Assembly (NCBI GenBank): GCA_038087875.1
Contig: CM075983.1
Span: forward strand, 13,454,001-13,518,000
Source: Malacoraja senta
Lineage: Eukaryota
Length of the DNA: 64,000 nt
Direction: 5' to 3'
Both the position numbers and the translations under genes were made by a program. Position 1 is the stretch's first letter. Every line of letters begins with the position of its first letter. A model generated the notes under the pieces. It was not told the origin of the DNA, searched no databases, and worked only from the letters and a program-made list of their open reading frames with translations. Shown piece after piece: positions 1-11,113 of this stretch.

Positions 1-7
1 CACAAAG

Positions 8-56
8 ATGTCAACACTCAAATTGCAATTGTTGGTGACTCTAATCACATTTTCAG
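8..56 (+). CDS. VSIG1: VSIG1-like exon 1 (start codon, signal peptide MSTLKLQLLVTLITFSG)
   Basis: ATG at 8, hydrophobic leader, donor G|GTATGT at 56/57 (phase 1); joins exon 2 in frame (G+GA=Gly). Confidence 0.85.
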
Positions 57-1649
57 GTATGTACGCTCAATTGGTTTATTTCTGGTTTTGACCTGGATTA
101 TGGAGAGGATAAAATCGGAATACTTGCATTTGACAAGTTATATCTGTGGCTGCTTGGTTTTCTCATTATGTAGGAAGATACTTATTTTGGTAGTGAGTAT
201 CACTGTGTGGCAATGCCACATCCCTCAACGAGTGCAGTCAAATCTCTGTATCAGGCTGTATAGTTTTCGTATTTCTTAATCTTGTACGATTTACTTCTGT
301 GTCCTCAAGACAACCAGCAATAATCAATAATTAAGATGACAATCTAGAATTAAATCATCAGAAATGGCAAATGCCTACCAGTTCTTCTTCAAATTATTTT
401 ACCATTGGTGCCATGGGTCCAATTCCTCTTGATAACTTTCAAGTTACATTGATATAGTCCTGTACACAAGGACAAAGAGAGAAAATGGCCGTTCACATTA
501 ACAGAGAGAGCTCAGCTCTAGTTTTTTGTGAAGACCGCCAATTTGCTTTTCCCATTTAGTGATCATGCTGTTCCCACACCATCTCTGGGATACCTCGAAC
601 ACAATTCTGGTGTTTGGATAGCAACTTTGGAGATGATGTATAATTTGAATCAATGTCGAACATAAAGCAAACTGATGTGTGCTCCTAATACCTTTGCAAA
701 TATTACCAAATGCTTTCATTCAGCTTTGCTAATTTCTTCCATAATTAGCCTTCCCTTAAAATATTCAATGAAGGGAAAGGATTTTTTTTTAGTTTGAAAA
801 CTAATGTTAAAAGTAGACTAGCAACTAAACACATTTTAGGATTCCATTTGCAGTAGAAGGGTGTCTTATTTAAACAAAATTAATTTGCAAAATTCTTTTT
901 AAACTATTTGTGTTTTAAATTTGATGACTATTATTTTTTTCTGTTTGCTCTAAATGATTTTATTTATAATCTATATTTTTATAATTTGCTATACATTGAC
1001 AAAACAACATGAATTTTCCTCAGAAAAACAAAAGTTGTCCCGATTTACAGTGAACATACCTATTACCTTACTCTCCATTTTAAATTTAGTTTATTTTCCT
1101 CTTATTTTTTGGGAGGCTATGAACAAATTTGCTTAACGCGTAAGACTGCATTAACAGTGTCCAGAGCCATTTCCAGGCCAGATTGAGGATAGGACCATTA
1201 TGTTCTTTCATTTTGTTTAAGGAAAAGTCTGTTTTCTAGTTACTGCCCATCTCTTTCGAGGTCTGGCCAAACAGAGGTAATTACAATGTAGGGAAATCAC
1301 AGGAGTTGTTGTATGAAGAAATTAGTATAAACCTCCAACCAGAGATGGGACAGTAGAGTATTAATTGTGAAAAAATAACTGCCACTTTTTCCCCCATGAA
1401 TTAATTAGCTTGTTCCAGCTGGTATTTTAGAATTTAATACTTATTGAGAAATTGAAATGAAAGACCAATCCCCATGACTGCAGGTTTGAAGATAATGGGG
1501 AGAAATAACCAGTGATTTGATGAGATTTTATCTTTTTCTATTAACTTATCAGAATGTGGGTGCAGCTACCTAGACCAGCTTTCATTAATTGTCCTGAGAA
1601 AATGTTATTGAATCATTCTTGAATTGGGCCAATCAGTATGGTTATGGTA

Positions 1650-2420
1650 AAAAAAACACCACACAAAGTGCTGGAATAACTCAAAGGGTTAGAACATGGA
1701 TCAGTGATCGGGACCTTTCTCAGACTAATTGCGGTGGGGGGAGGAGGGTGGGTGGGGGAAGAAAGCTTGAACAGAGGAGGGGAAGGAAAAAACCTAGTGA
1801 GTCATAGGTGGATACCATTGAGAGGCACTCTTGATAAGCTGATGGTTGGACATTGGCCAGAGATGAAAAGACAAAAGGTGTGAGATAAGGATGGTAGACG
1901 TGTGAATCGTGAAGCCAGAGGAAGGAATAGAGGTGGAAGGCGAGCGGGAAGGGGAGAAAGGTGCGAGTGCATGCTGGGCCCATGAAGGAGAGGGGGGTAA
2001 TGATATTTTTGAGAAGTTTTTAGTACTACAGGCAGATTGTTAGATGACCCTTTAGTCTTCCTCATCAATTTCTTGCTACCCTGTGGAGTATGTTGATCAC
2101 TTGAAGAATGGTTTCTGTGAATGGGGGAAGCTGAGGAGAAGCCTAGGACAGATCATAAGAAACTAAACAGCATTGGATAAATGGAGTGTATAATCGGCAA
2201 CAGGGAGTCATGAAGGAAATGGTCCCTGTGAACTGCTGGAAGAGGAGGAGAGGAGAAGATGTGTCTGGTAGTGCATCTCTTAGAAGGTAATAGACATTGC
2301 AAAGAGTGACCTGTTGAATATGGTGGTTGGTGGGTGGAAGGTGAGAACCAAGGGAATTATATCCTTCCTCAGTCCTGGAGGAGAAGGTGAAAATGGATGA
2401 CATGCCCAGTCTGGGCATTG
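1650..2420 (-). mobile_element. Degraded Penelope-like element fragment
   Basis: Starts with a degenerate PLE terminal motif (cacacaaagtgctggaataactca), followed by purine-rich sequence like the other minus-strand PLE pieces in the window. Boundaries approximate. Confidence 0.45.
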
Positions 2421-2436
2421 CTTCCTTATAGCATTA

Positions 2437-3555
2437 TACAGCATGAAAACAGGCCTTTAGCCCAACTCAACCAAGATGTCTATCTGAGCTAGTCCCAAAT
2501 GTCTGCATTTGGCCCATATCCCTCTAAAACGTTTCTATCCATGTACCTGTCCAAATATCTCTTAAACATTTATCATTGTATCTGTCTCTATGCCTTCCTC
2601 TGGCGGCTGGTTCCATATATCCACCAGCCTCTTGTGTGAGCAAGTTGCCCCCTCAGATCTCTTTTAAATCTTTCCCCTCTCAATTAAATCTATGGCCTTA
2701 TTGAGTGTTATTATTATTGGAAGTGGTTTATTATTGTCACATGTACCGAGATACAGTGATACAGATTCAGTATAGTCATCATACCTGATTATAATCAAAA
2801 TGATACATGAGTACAACAGGTAGTGTCAAAAGAGAAAGGAAAGGAGTGCAGACTATAGTGTTACAGCTACAGAGGGAGTGATCCTCTACCCTGGGAATAA
2901 AAAACTATGACCACCCACCTTACTAACATCCATGTATACCACATCCACCCAACTACCTTCATCAATCTTCTTTGTCATCGCCACAAAAAAACTCAATCAA
3001 GCTAGTGAGACACAACCTGTCATGTGCAAAGCCGTGCTGGCTATCCCTAATTGGTGCATTCTCTTCCAAATGGGAGTAAATCCTATCTTGAAGAATTCTC
3101 TCCAATAGTTTCCCCACCACTGACGAGAGGATCACTGGCCTATAGTTCCCTGGATTTTCTCTACTTCCTTTCTTAAACAAAGAAACAACATTGGCCGCTC
3201 TCCAGTGCTCACGGACCTCGCCTGTGGCTAGACAAGAAACAAAGATCCTCATCAAGGCCCCTGAAAACTCCTTTCTTGCCTCCCTCAAGAATCTGGGATA
3301 GATCCTATCAGGTCCTGGGGACTTATCCACCTTAATGTTCTTCAAGAGACTCAGCACCACCTCCTTCTCAATCTCAAACTGCCCTTCATTATTTATTCTC
3401 CACACTTATCTTGCTCTCCTCCACATCCTCTCCTTGGTGAATACAAATGCAAAATACTCGTTCAGTACCTCACCTGCAACCTCCGACTCAAACCATAGAT
3501 TCCCTCCTTTATCTTTGAGTGGCCCTACCTTCTCCCTGGTCACCCTCTTATTTTA
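2437..3555 (-). mobile_element. CR1-type LINE fragments (3' end plus RT N-terminal region)
   Basis: ORF 2962..3405 (KSPGPDRIYPR, WRAANVVSLFKKGSRENPGNYRPV, SQHGF) is a typical CR1 ORF2 segment; a CR1 3' end lies at about 2437-2700. Confidence 0.85.
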
Positions 3556-3666
3556 AAAATAAAATCATCATAGTAAACATAAGCACAATTGTACATAAGT
3601 ACAAGAGCGCAACAATTATAGCGTAAAATTGTAGATTTATTCTGAGGCAATACACCAAGAGTCACC

Positions 3667-4183
3667 TGCATCTCCTCCAACCTCATCTATTGCATTCGCT
3701 GCTCTAGATGCCAGCTGATCTACATCGGTGAGACCAAGCGGAGGCTTGGCGATCGTTTCGCCGAACACCTCCGGTCGGTCCGCAATAACCAACCTGAACT
3801 CCCGGTGGCTCAGCACTTCAACTCCCCCTCCCATTCCGTATCTGACCTCTCTGTCCTGGGTCTCCTCCATGGCCACAGCGAGCAACACCGTAAATTGGAG
3901 GAAATGCACCTCATATTCCGCTTGGGCAGTCTACATCCTGGTGGCCTGAACGTTGAATTCTCCCAATTCTGCTAGCCCTGGCTGTCCCCTCCCCTTCATC
4001 AGCCATCTGGTTGTCTCCGCCCCTCCCCCAGCCCTCGGGCTCCTCCTCCTCCTTTTCCTTTTTTCCTTTCTTCTCCCCACCCCCTATCAGTCTGAAGAAG
4101 GGTTTCGGCCCGAAACGTTACCTATTTCCTTCGCTCCATAGATGCTGCTGCACCCGCTGAGTTTCTCCAGCATTTTTGTGTAC
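3667..4183 (+). mobile_element. 5'-truncated Penelope-like (Neptune-type) retroelement: GIY-YIG endonuclease C-terminus plus terminal repeat
   Basis: Stop-free frame 3664..3975 (no ATG, so absent from the ORF track): TCISSNLIYCIRCSRCQLIYIGETKRRLGDRFAEH...HFN...EE...GLNVEF, i.e. GIY-YIG with a CxxC insert. 14-bp TSD CACCAAGAGTCACC at 3653-3666 and 4184-4197. Confidence 0.9.
4089..4122 (+). ncRNA. Minimal hammerhead-ribozyme-like motif in PLE terminal repeat
   Basis: CTGAAGA (4092-4098), A, stem II GGG-TTTCGG-CCC, GAAA (4112-4115), CGTT; short palindromic stem III. Activity is not demonstrable from sequence. Confidence 0.55.
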
Positions 4184-4422
4184 CACCAAGAGTCACCATG
4201 TTTCCGGTGCCATCTTGTACCTTTCAAAATCAGGTTCTTAAAGATATTGAGTCTTATCTTGGCCTTAAAGGCCCGTTGTCCTGGTGATGGCACTGGTTAA
4301 ATGATGTAGGGTTGGCCTGGCCTGGCGATACTGTCCACGCCCCTCTTTGCTGCTCCGTAGATATGCTACTGTGTTAATTGGAATAAAACGTAAGGAACTA
4401 CACTAAACCTGTTTATCCTCAG

Positions 4423-4586
4423 GATGTGTGCGTGCGGTTCAGGTGACAGTGAAGGACGGCCAACTGAATGGGACGGAAGGAGGGAGCGTGACCTTGCTGT
4501 GCACCTACACAACTTCAGACAGTGACTCGTCTAATCTGAACGTCCAATGGTCTTTCGTGCCAAGCCACTCCAAATCACATACGCAG
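4423..4586 (+). CDS. VSIG1: VSIG1-like exon 2 (IgV domain N-half)
   Basis: Acceptor tttatcctcAG|, encodes CVRAVQVTVKDGQLNGTEGGSVTLLCTYTTS...LNVQWSF...HTQ, donor CAG|GTAAAT (phase 0). Contains the IgV B-strand Cys and C-strand Trp. Confidence 0.95.
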
Positions 4587-5902
4587 GTAAATGTGAGTAT
4601 GGGAGGTGACAATCTTGGTCTTGCTATGTGTGTAAGCAGAGTAGCGCAGGAGCTGGTGAGCTCGGCTCTCGATTCTCCTCGGTGACCCAGGCCCAGGGTC
4701 GGGCCACAATACGTGCATGTCAACACCATTGACCAAGGATGTATTTGCCACATCGTGACTATCCATGAGGATGAAAAGGAGGGGAGGGAGAGGCTTGGTA
4801 GAAAGGTCCCACTCCCACCACCACCTCAGTAATCCTGGCAAACTGATAGATAGGGAAATGCAGAAACATTCAATAACTAGTATACATCTTTACAGAACAT
4901 GAGATAGAAAACTTCCTGGGAATGGTTGTCACATGTACCTAGCTACAGTGAAATAATTTGCATACAATTCAGTGACAATCCAACTATACATTAGACACAA
5001 TCATACTAAGAGTGTAAGATAGTAGACCACACTGAAACAGTACACAAGAGTCACCACGTTTCAGGTGCCACCTTGTACCCTTCAAGTCCAAATTTCTGTA
5101 AAGGTTTTAGAGTCTTAGTTTGGCCATAGAGGCCCGTTGTCTTGGCAGAAGTAACATGTAGGAGTGGAGGATCAATGGGGGAGGATAGCAGCTCTGACAT
5201 GCTAATAAACATGTATTCATAAAATATTAGTGTTGGATTAGCCTTGTTTATGGAACAGCCACACTGATAAGGTACGGGTAGTCAGGACCACAGGTCTGAG
5301 ACCTCAGTGGTTTTAGCCACAGTTGCTACATTCCAGTATACGGACCAGTTACAGCATTTAGGAGAAAAAGCACAGAAATATTCCTTTGCACGAAGGATCT
5401 GGGAAGACTGAAATTCTCTCCATAAAATTGCTGGATCAAATTATATTAAAAAAATTAAGAGCGACTAGTTTTTGGCAGTTTGATGAAGTTTGTGGATTTA
5501 AAATAGACAGAGTGTAAACACACTTCAGCTTTTACATGATAGAATAGCAGATTTGGCTAGAGGGGTGAGTGATCTACTCCAGTTCTATGGTCCCATGTGA
5601 TGACAATTGCGTCCTACTTTTTCATGTGAATATTCCCAAACAGTAATGTTTTACATACAATATTTTGATCAGGGTTAAGTGAGAACACAGAGTGTAAACG
5701 GGTATGGATGAGAGACAATGGACCCAAGAGTGGGATATTGGGATAATGAATGATTGCAATTAGTCTGGTGGGGTTGGGAATGTCAAGAGGTGAAGAAATG
5801 TTCACTCATGAGTGATAATCATTCAAAAGGTTTAGGTTTATTATTGTCACATGAACTGAAGTACAATGAAAATGTTGTTTTGCACAGATGTGCCATTCAT
5901 AG

Positions 5903-6245
5903 ATACAATCAGTTCAAACTCTGATGGAGTGGATGTGGAGAGGATGTTTCCACTAGTGGGAGAGTCTAGGAACAGAGGTCCTAGCTTCAGAATTAAAGAA
6001 CATTCTTTGAATTTCTTTGGACAGAGGGTGGTGAATCTGTGGAATTAATTGCCACGGAAGGCTGTGGAGGCCAAGTCAATGGATATTTTTAAGGCAGAGA
6101 TCGATAGATTCTTGATTAGTACAGGTGTCAGAATGTATGGGGAAAAGGCAGGAGAATGGGGTTAAGAGGGAAAGATAGAGTAGCGGAGTAGAATTGATGG
6201 GCCAAATGGCCTAATTCTGTCCTATCACTTACCAACTTATAAAAC
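5903..6245 (+). mobile_element. CR1 LINE 3' fragment
   Basis: VDVERMFPLVGESRNRG...QRVVNLWN C-terminal CR1 motif and 3' tail. Confidence 0.8.
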
Positions 6246-6710
6246 TCAAGCACAATGCATAGGGCAATGGGAAAGATACAGAGTGCAGAATATAGTTATC
6301 ATCATCGTAGTGCATTGTAGCACATCAGTTCATTAGACTGGTGCTAGGTATGTAGGACTTGAACCACCCAATCTTCTATCCACCTCACACTTGGTAGCTG
6401 GCTTGAGAACAGAGCTGGTTGTACAGAATGGACATTGTAGAGGGAAAATTACACGGGGACTTTCCACAGTTCTACCCTCCTTCCATATAGGCTACATTTC
6501 CCAGCTTTAGCAAGCTACTTTAATATTCTATTGACTGTGTTTCCCAAAATATTTTAATAAAGGCCCAGTTTTAATATTGTGCCCCCTTATTCTACCCTTC
6601 CCTTACCTGATTAAAAAGCCTCTACATACTTACCTTGTTGAAATCTTTAAAAAAATAATTGGATTATGCTTAAATTGGAGTTTGCAACAAAAGTGTAGTT
6701 TTCATTTTAA

Positions 6711-7013
6711 GTTTAGTTTAGTTTAGAGATACAGCACGGAAACAGGCCCTTCGGCCCACCGACTCCGCACCGGCCAGCAATCCCCGCACATTAACACTAC
6801 CCTACATACACTAGGGACAGTTTTTACATTTATACCAAGCCAATTAACCTACAAACTTGTATGTCATTAGAGTGTAGGAGGAAACCGAAGATCTCTGAGA
6901 AAATTCACGCAGGTCCCAGGGAGAACGTACAGACAAGCACCCGTAGTCAGGATCGAACCATGGTCTCTGTCACTGTAAGGCAGTAGCTCTACCACTACGC
7001 CATCGTGCCGCCC
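6711..7013 (-). mobile_element. tRNA-derived elasmobranch SINE (HE1-like) with (TAAAC)n tail
   Basis: Reverse complement of the copy at 10299; (GTTTA)n tail at 6711. Confidence 0.85.
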
Positions 7014-7157
7014 CAATAGAGAAATAAACCACAGAGTCCCTTTTGCCCTCCGAGTTCCGCCCTAATCCCATTCACACTAATCCTACATTAATGACATTTT
7101 ATTAGTTAGAATTGTACCCAGGACTCTGGCATTGTGAGTGCACCTCAAAATGATGTG

Positions 7158-7271
7158 TGTCAGAAGTGGGATTTGAACCCACGCCTCCAGTTGGAGACCA
7201 GAACACCCGCTTGACTGCAGAGTGACTTTATTCCTTGAGTCTGGCGCCTTAGACCACTCGGCCATCCTGAC
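7158..7271 (-). tRNA. tRNA-Leu(CAA): tRNA-Leu(CAA) with 30-nt intron (7204..7233)
   Basis: Minus strand GTCAGGATGGCCGAGTGGTCTAAGGCGCCAGACTCAAG [intron] TTCTGGTCTCCAACTGGAGGCGTGGGTTCAAATCCCACTTCTGACA. A and B boxes intact, long variable arm, anticodon CAA at 7235-7237, TTTT Pol III terminator at 7147-7150. Confidence 0.97.
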
Positions 7272-8789
7272 ATTTATTTACACATTTTCAACCCTGGTAT
7301 CGATCTGATCAATATTTAGATAGCGTGCACTAAATCAAACGCATTGTACACAGCCTTAATGAGACCCGTGGGGTTAGATCATGGTTCTCTATAATGGAAC
7401 ATCGCATCCGCATTTTTAATTTCCAGTTTCCTGCAAAGTCAGCATCAAAGATACTAGACTTTTTGAACACACTTTGCACTTGTGGACTAGCTTTAAGATT
7501 TTATGTTGTAGGTTCAATTGGCTAAACCCCTTTACTTCCACACAGCTTTAAAGCAGAACACCGTTTACCTGTTGGTTCCAAACAGGTACAAATCATATTT
7601 CTGCACATTAATTTCATCTTCAATAGTTCTATGTAGCCAAGATAGACACGACATGTTGGAGTAACTCAGCGGGACAGACAGCATCTCTGGAGATGCCCGT
7701 CCCGCTGAGTTACTCCAGCATTTTGTGTTTATTTTCGATTTAAGGCAGCATCTGCAGTTCCTCCCTACACGTTCTATGTATCCACTTGATCAAAAAAAAG
7801 CACAGGCACTGGAAATCAGAAGTAAAAAGAGCAAATGCTGGAAATGTTCAGTTGTTCAGCAGTATCTGAAATGAAGAATTTAATTGTTACGTTGCCGGTA
7901 CATGTGTTAATTAAACTCTCTTGACACTTGAAAGAAAAACAGAGTTAAAGTTTAAGTTTTAAACAACTCCACTGGTAGCCCGTCTTCTTTGTTCCTTTCT
8001 CTCTTTGCTTCTTCGCATCTACGCCACGTCACTTTCTACATTGTCTCCTAAAATAACCTCCAATTTCAGGCAATTTCAGTTCCATAGACAAAGTCCACAG
8101 TCAGCAATGAGATAGAAGTGAGTTGGACAGTACTCCCCCTAGCCGATGGAAGGGCTATTTAGAAAACATGAAAAGAATCAAATCTGGAAGATATGTTTAT
8201 CTTAAGATCGATTATTCACACTTGAGCCATTGTTTCACTTCAAAGCATTCTGCATAGTACAGATTAGTTCAGGGAAGAATTATGCGAATTGCAGATTACA
8301 AGGTCAATTGAAAGATATTGATAAAGAAAAGTATTAGTTTCCCATGGCCGCACCCTGCCACTCCCCTTCTCTCTTACTTAACCAGCTCTTTAATCGGTTT
8401 GAAGGAAGGTGGACAGGAAGAATTAAAATGCTACAAAAACAATGCATTGATTTGGTGAAGTAAACATTTGCAGTTCCTAAAGCGTCTTTTTTCATGTATA
8501 CTATTTCATGTTAAGATGCCTTTTAGGTTAGAAACCAACTGCTGGAGGAACTCTGTCGGTCAGAGAGCATCTAGGGATGTATTGCCATGGACCCTTCTGT
8601 GAGAAGACCCAATACGTTGTTTGTCCTTTTCCCTCCACAGATGCTCTCTTCCCCTTATGTTCCTCACTCTGGCTTTGCATTTCACTCCTCTCTTCCCTCC
8701 TTATCTGACACCCTGCTGAGATCCGTCAGCAGCTTGTTGCTTGCTCAAGATTCCACCAACTGCAGTTTGAAGAAGGGTCACCTGTTCCT

Positions 8790-9003
8790 TTTCATGAACC
8801 TAGAGGTGTCAAAAGCAGATGCAAGAGATTGCATAGGAAGGAACTGCAGATGCTGGGGTCACCTGTTCCTTTTCTCCAGAGATGCTGCCTGACCGGCTGA
8901 GTTACTCCAGCATTTGGTGTGTATCTTTGGTTTAAACCAGCTTCTGCAATTCCTTCCTATGCAATCTCTTGCATCTGCTTTTGACACCTCTAGGTTCATG
9001 AAA
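8790..9003. repeat. 67-bp inverted duplication (2 mismatches) spanning a PLE 3' end and its flank
   Basis: 8790..8856 is the reverse complement of 8937..9003; an 18-bp direct repeat lies at 8775-8792 and 8856-8873. Confidence 0.9.
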
Positions 9004-9439
9004 TAAATATTTTTTTATTCTGAGAACGTATTGATAGTAGGTTAATTGGGCTTTAGTCTTTAATCAGACTTTACTGGAATTTATCTTGCACTATATGTTA
9101 CTCCCATTATTCTGTATTCGTACACTATGGATGGCTTGATTGAAATCATGTATAGTCGATCCACTGACTGGATAGCACGCAACAAAAAGCTTTTCAGTAC
9201 CTTGGTACACATGACAATAAACTAAACTAAAAACAATGCCAGTGGATCGCTAAAGCCAGAGATGCTGAAGGTTAATTATTTATTCACAGCTTGTGTTCAC
9301 TGGTCATTTACTGGATACAAAGGAGGTGCATTAAGGTGATTATAATTGGCTCCAAATTATTCAATGCATCCAGGAGGGGTCAAGAGAAAATATTACCAAG
9401 TGAGTGAGATCAGAAGTAAAAACAGCTTAATTGTTGAGT

Positions 9440-9830
9440 TAGGGTTAGCTTATTGTCACGCGTACCGAGGTACAGTGAAAAGCTTTTGTTGCGTGCCAAC
9501 CAGTCAGTGGAAAGACAATACATGATTACAATCGAGCCATCCACAGTGTACAGACACATGACAAAGGGAGTTTAGTGAATAACGTTTAGTGCAAGATAAA
9601 GTCCAGTCAAAGATAGTCCGAGAGTCTCCAATGAGGTAGATATTAGCCCAGGACTGCTCCCTAGTTGTTGGTAGGATGGTCCAGTTGCCTGATAACATTG
9701 GGGGGAAAAACTGTCCCTGAATCTAGAGGTGTGGGTTTTCACACTTCTGTGCCTATTGCTTGATAGGAGAGGGGAGAAGAGGGAGTGGCTGTGGTGTGAC
9801 TTGTCCGTGATTATGCTCGTCCTTAATTAC
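9440..9830 (-). mobile_element. Rex/Babar-type LINE 3' fragment
   Basis: Same 3' sequence as the copies at about 20400 and 49925, where the frame reads GKRYRSVKTHTSRFRDSFF. Boundaries approximate. Confidence 0.6.
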
Positions 9831-9957
9831 ATCTTCATTGATTCTAAAACAATCCATTGCTTTCAATCTCTGTAAAGTGGGAGATTCAATGGTAATGAGA
9901 GAATATAAGCCTTTCTTCAGCAAGTTATCCAACGAGCACATTTCTACCCAAATCCAG

Positions 9958-10065
9958 CAGAGCCCCTGTCCTACTGGTTATGTTATGGATGAGAGCAGCG
10001 TGATGCACTGCCCCAAGACGGTACACATATTTGATAAACGAGGATTGTGTAGCCAGCATTTAGAG
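9958..10065 (+). CDS. VSIG1: VSIG1 candidate alternative (cassette) exon, 36 aa, symmetric phase 0
   Basis: Acceptor tttctacccaaatcCAG| (NAGNAG), consensus donor GAG|GTAAGT, 108 nt with no stop: QSPCPTGYVMDESSVMHCPKTVHIFDKRGLCSQHLE. Gap-free match (14/36 identical, 3 Cys aligned) to the recalled 36-aa insert of the long human VSIG1 isoform at the same junction. Confidence 0.8.
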
Positions 10066-10298
10066 GTAAGTTCTGTCTCTCTATGACAGACAGAATACGG
10101 CACCATGCAATGTTGTAAAGCGGCATGTTCTCCCCGTTCTCCATTTTGAACCATGTGTCCGTGGCTGTACATTCTCTGTTTGTGAACGGCACATGGAAAT
10201 GATGCTTCTTAGATCAGTAAACTTATCTTTCCATTAACGAACCATTCACAAATGAATAAAGTTACCTTTAAAAAATAACATAAGCTAATGAAAATAAA

Positions 10299-10609
10299 GG
10301 GCGGCACAGCGGTAGAGTTGCTGCCTTACGGTGCTTACAGCGCCAGAGACCTGGGTTCGATCCGGACTACGGGTGGTGTCTGTACGGAGTTTGTACATTC
10401 TCCCCATGACCGTGTGGGTTTTCTCTGAGATCTTCGGTTTCCTCCCACACTCCAAAGACGTACTGGTTTGTAGGTTAATTGGCTTGGTATAAATGTAAAA
10501 TTATCTCTAGTATGTGTACGATAGTATTAATGTGTGTTGCTGTTCAGTGGGGACTCGGTGGGTGAAGGGCCTGTTTCCGCATTGTATCTCTAAACTAAAC
10601 TAAACTAAA
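10299..10609 (+). mobile_element. tRNA-derived elasmobranch SINE (HE1-like), near full length
   Basis: B box GGTTCGATCC at 10354-10363, CR1-like 3' end (gaagggcctgtttcc...tgtatctc), (TAAAC)n tail. Confidence 0.9.
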
Positions 10610-10897
10610 GTACCAATTCAAACTTCACTTGATCTATGTCATCCAGATAATCATTCCTTTATATTATTTGTAATATTTTTAACCTAAAAAAAAAAATCAC
10701 TCTCATTTGTGTTAGTTACGTTTATCAAGTTAAATGTTCTTTGGGTGCAGGAAAGAGCAGAAAGGATTATCTGAGACTGAAGTACAGAGAAATAGATATT
10801 AATGCTTCAAATTGCACTTTTAGAAATAAGAAATGTTAGCCAGTCCAACACAGCCAAGAATCCATTCTGCAGCTTACTAGATAAATCAGGCTTTTAA

Positions 10898-11113
10898 GGG
10901 CCTGTCCCACTTTCACGACCTAATTCATGACCTCTGCCGAGTTTGCCCTTGACTCATACTTGCAGCATGGTCGTCACGAGGTCGTAGGTAGGTCGTAGGT
11001 AGGTTGTGATGCTAGTCGTGGCATCAAGTAGGTCGGGGCGTTTTTCTAGCCTGATGAAAAATGTCCATGAGTAAAAAAGGTTGTGAATTAGGTCGTGAAA
11101 GTGGGACAGGCCC
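10898..11113. mobile_element. 216-bp MITE with perfect 30-bp TIRs, flanked by TTAA
   Basis: TIR GGGCCTGTCCCACTTTCACGACCTAATTCA at 10898-10927 and 11084-11113; TTAA at 10894-10897 and 11114-11117. Confidence 0.9.

Noticed and set aside
10299-10370. SINE heads as tRNA genes
   Set aside because: A and B boxes are present but there is no full cloverleaf, and each continues into a SINE body and tail.
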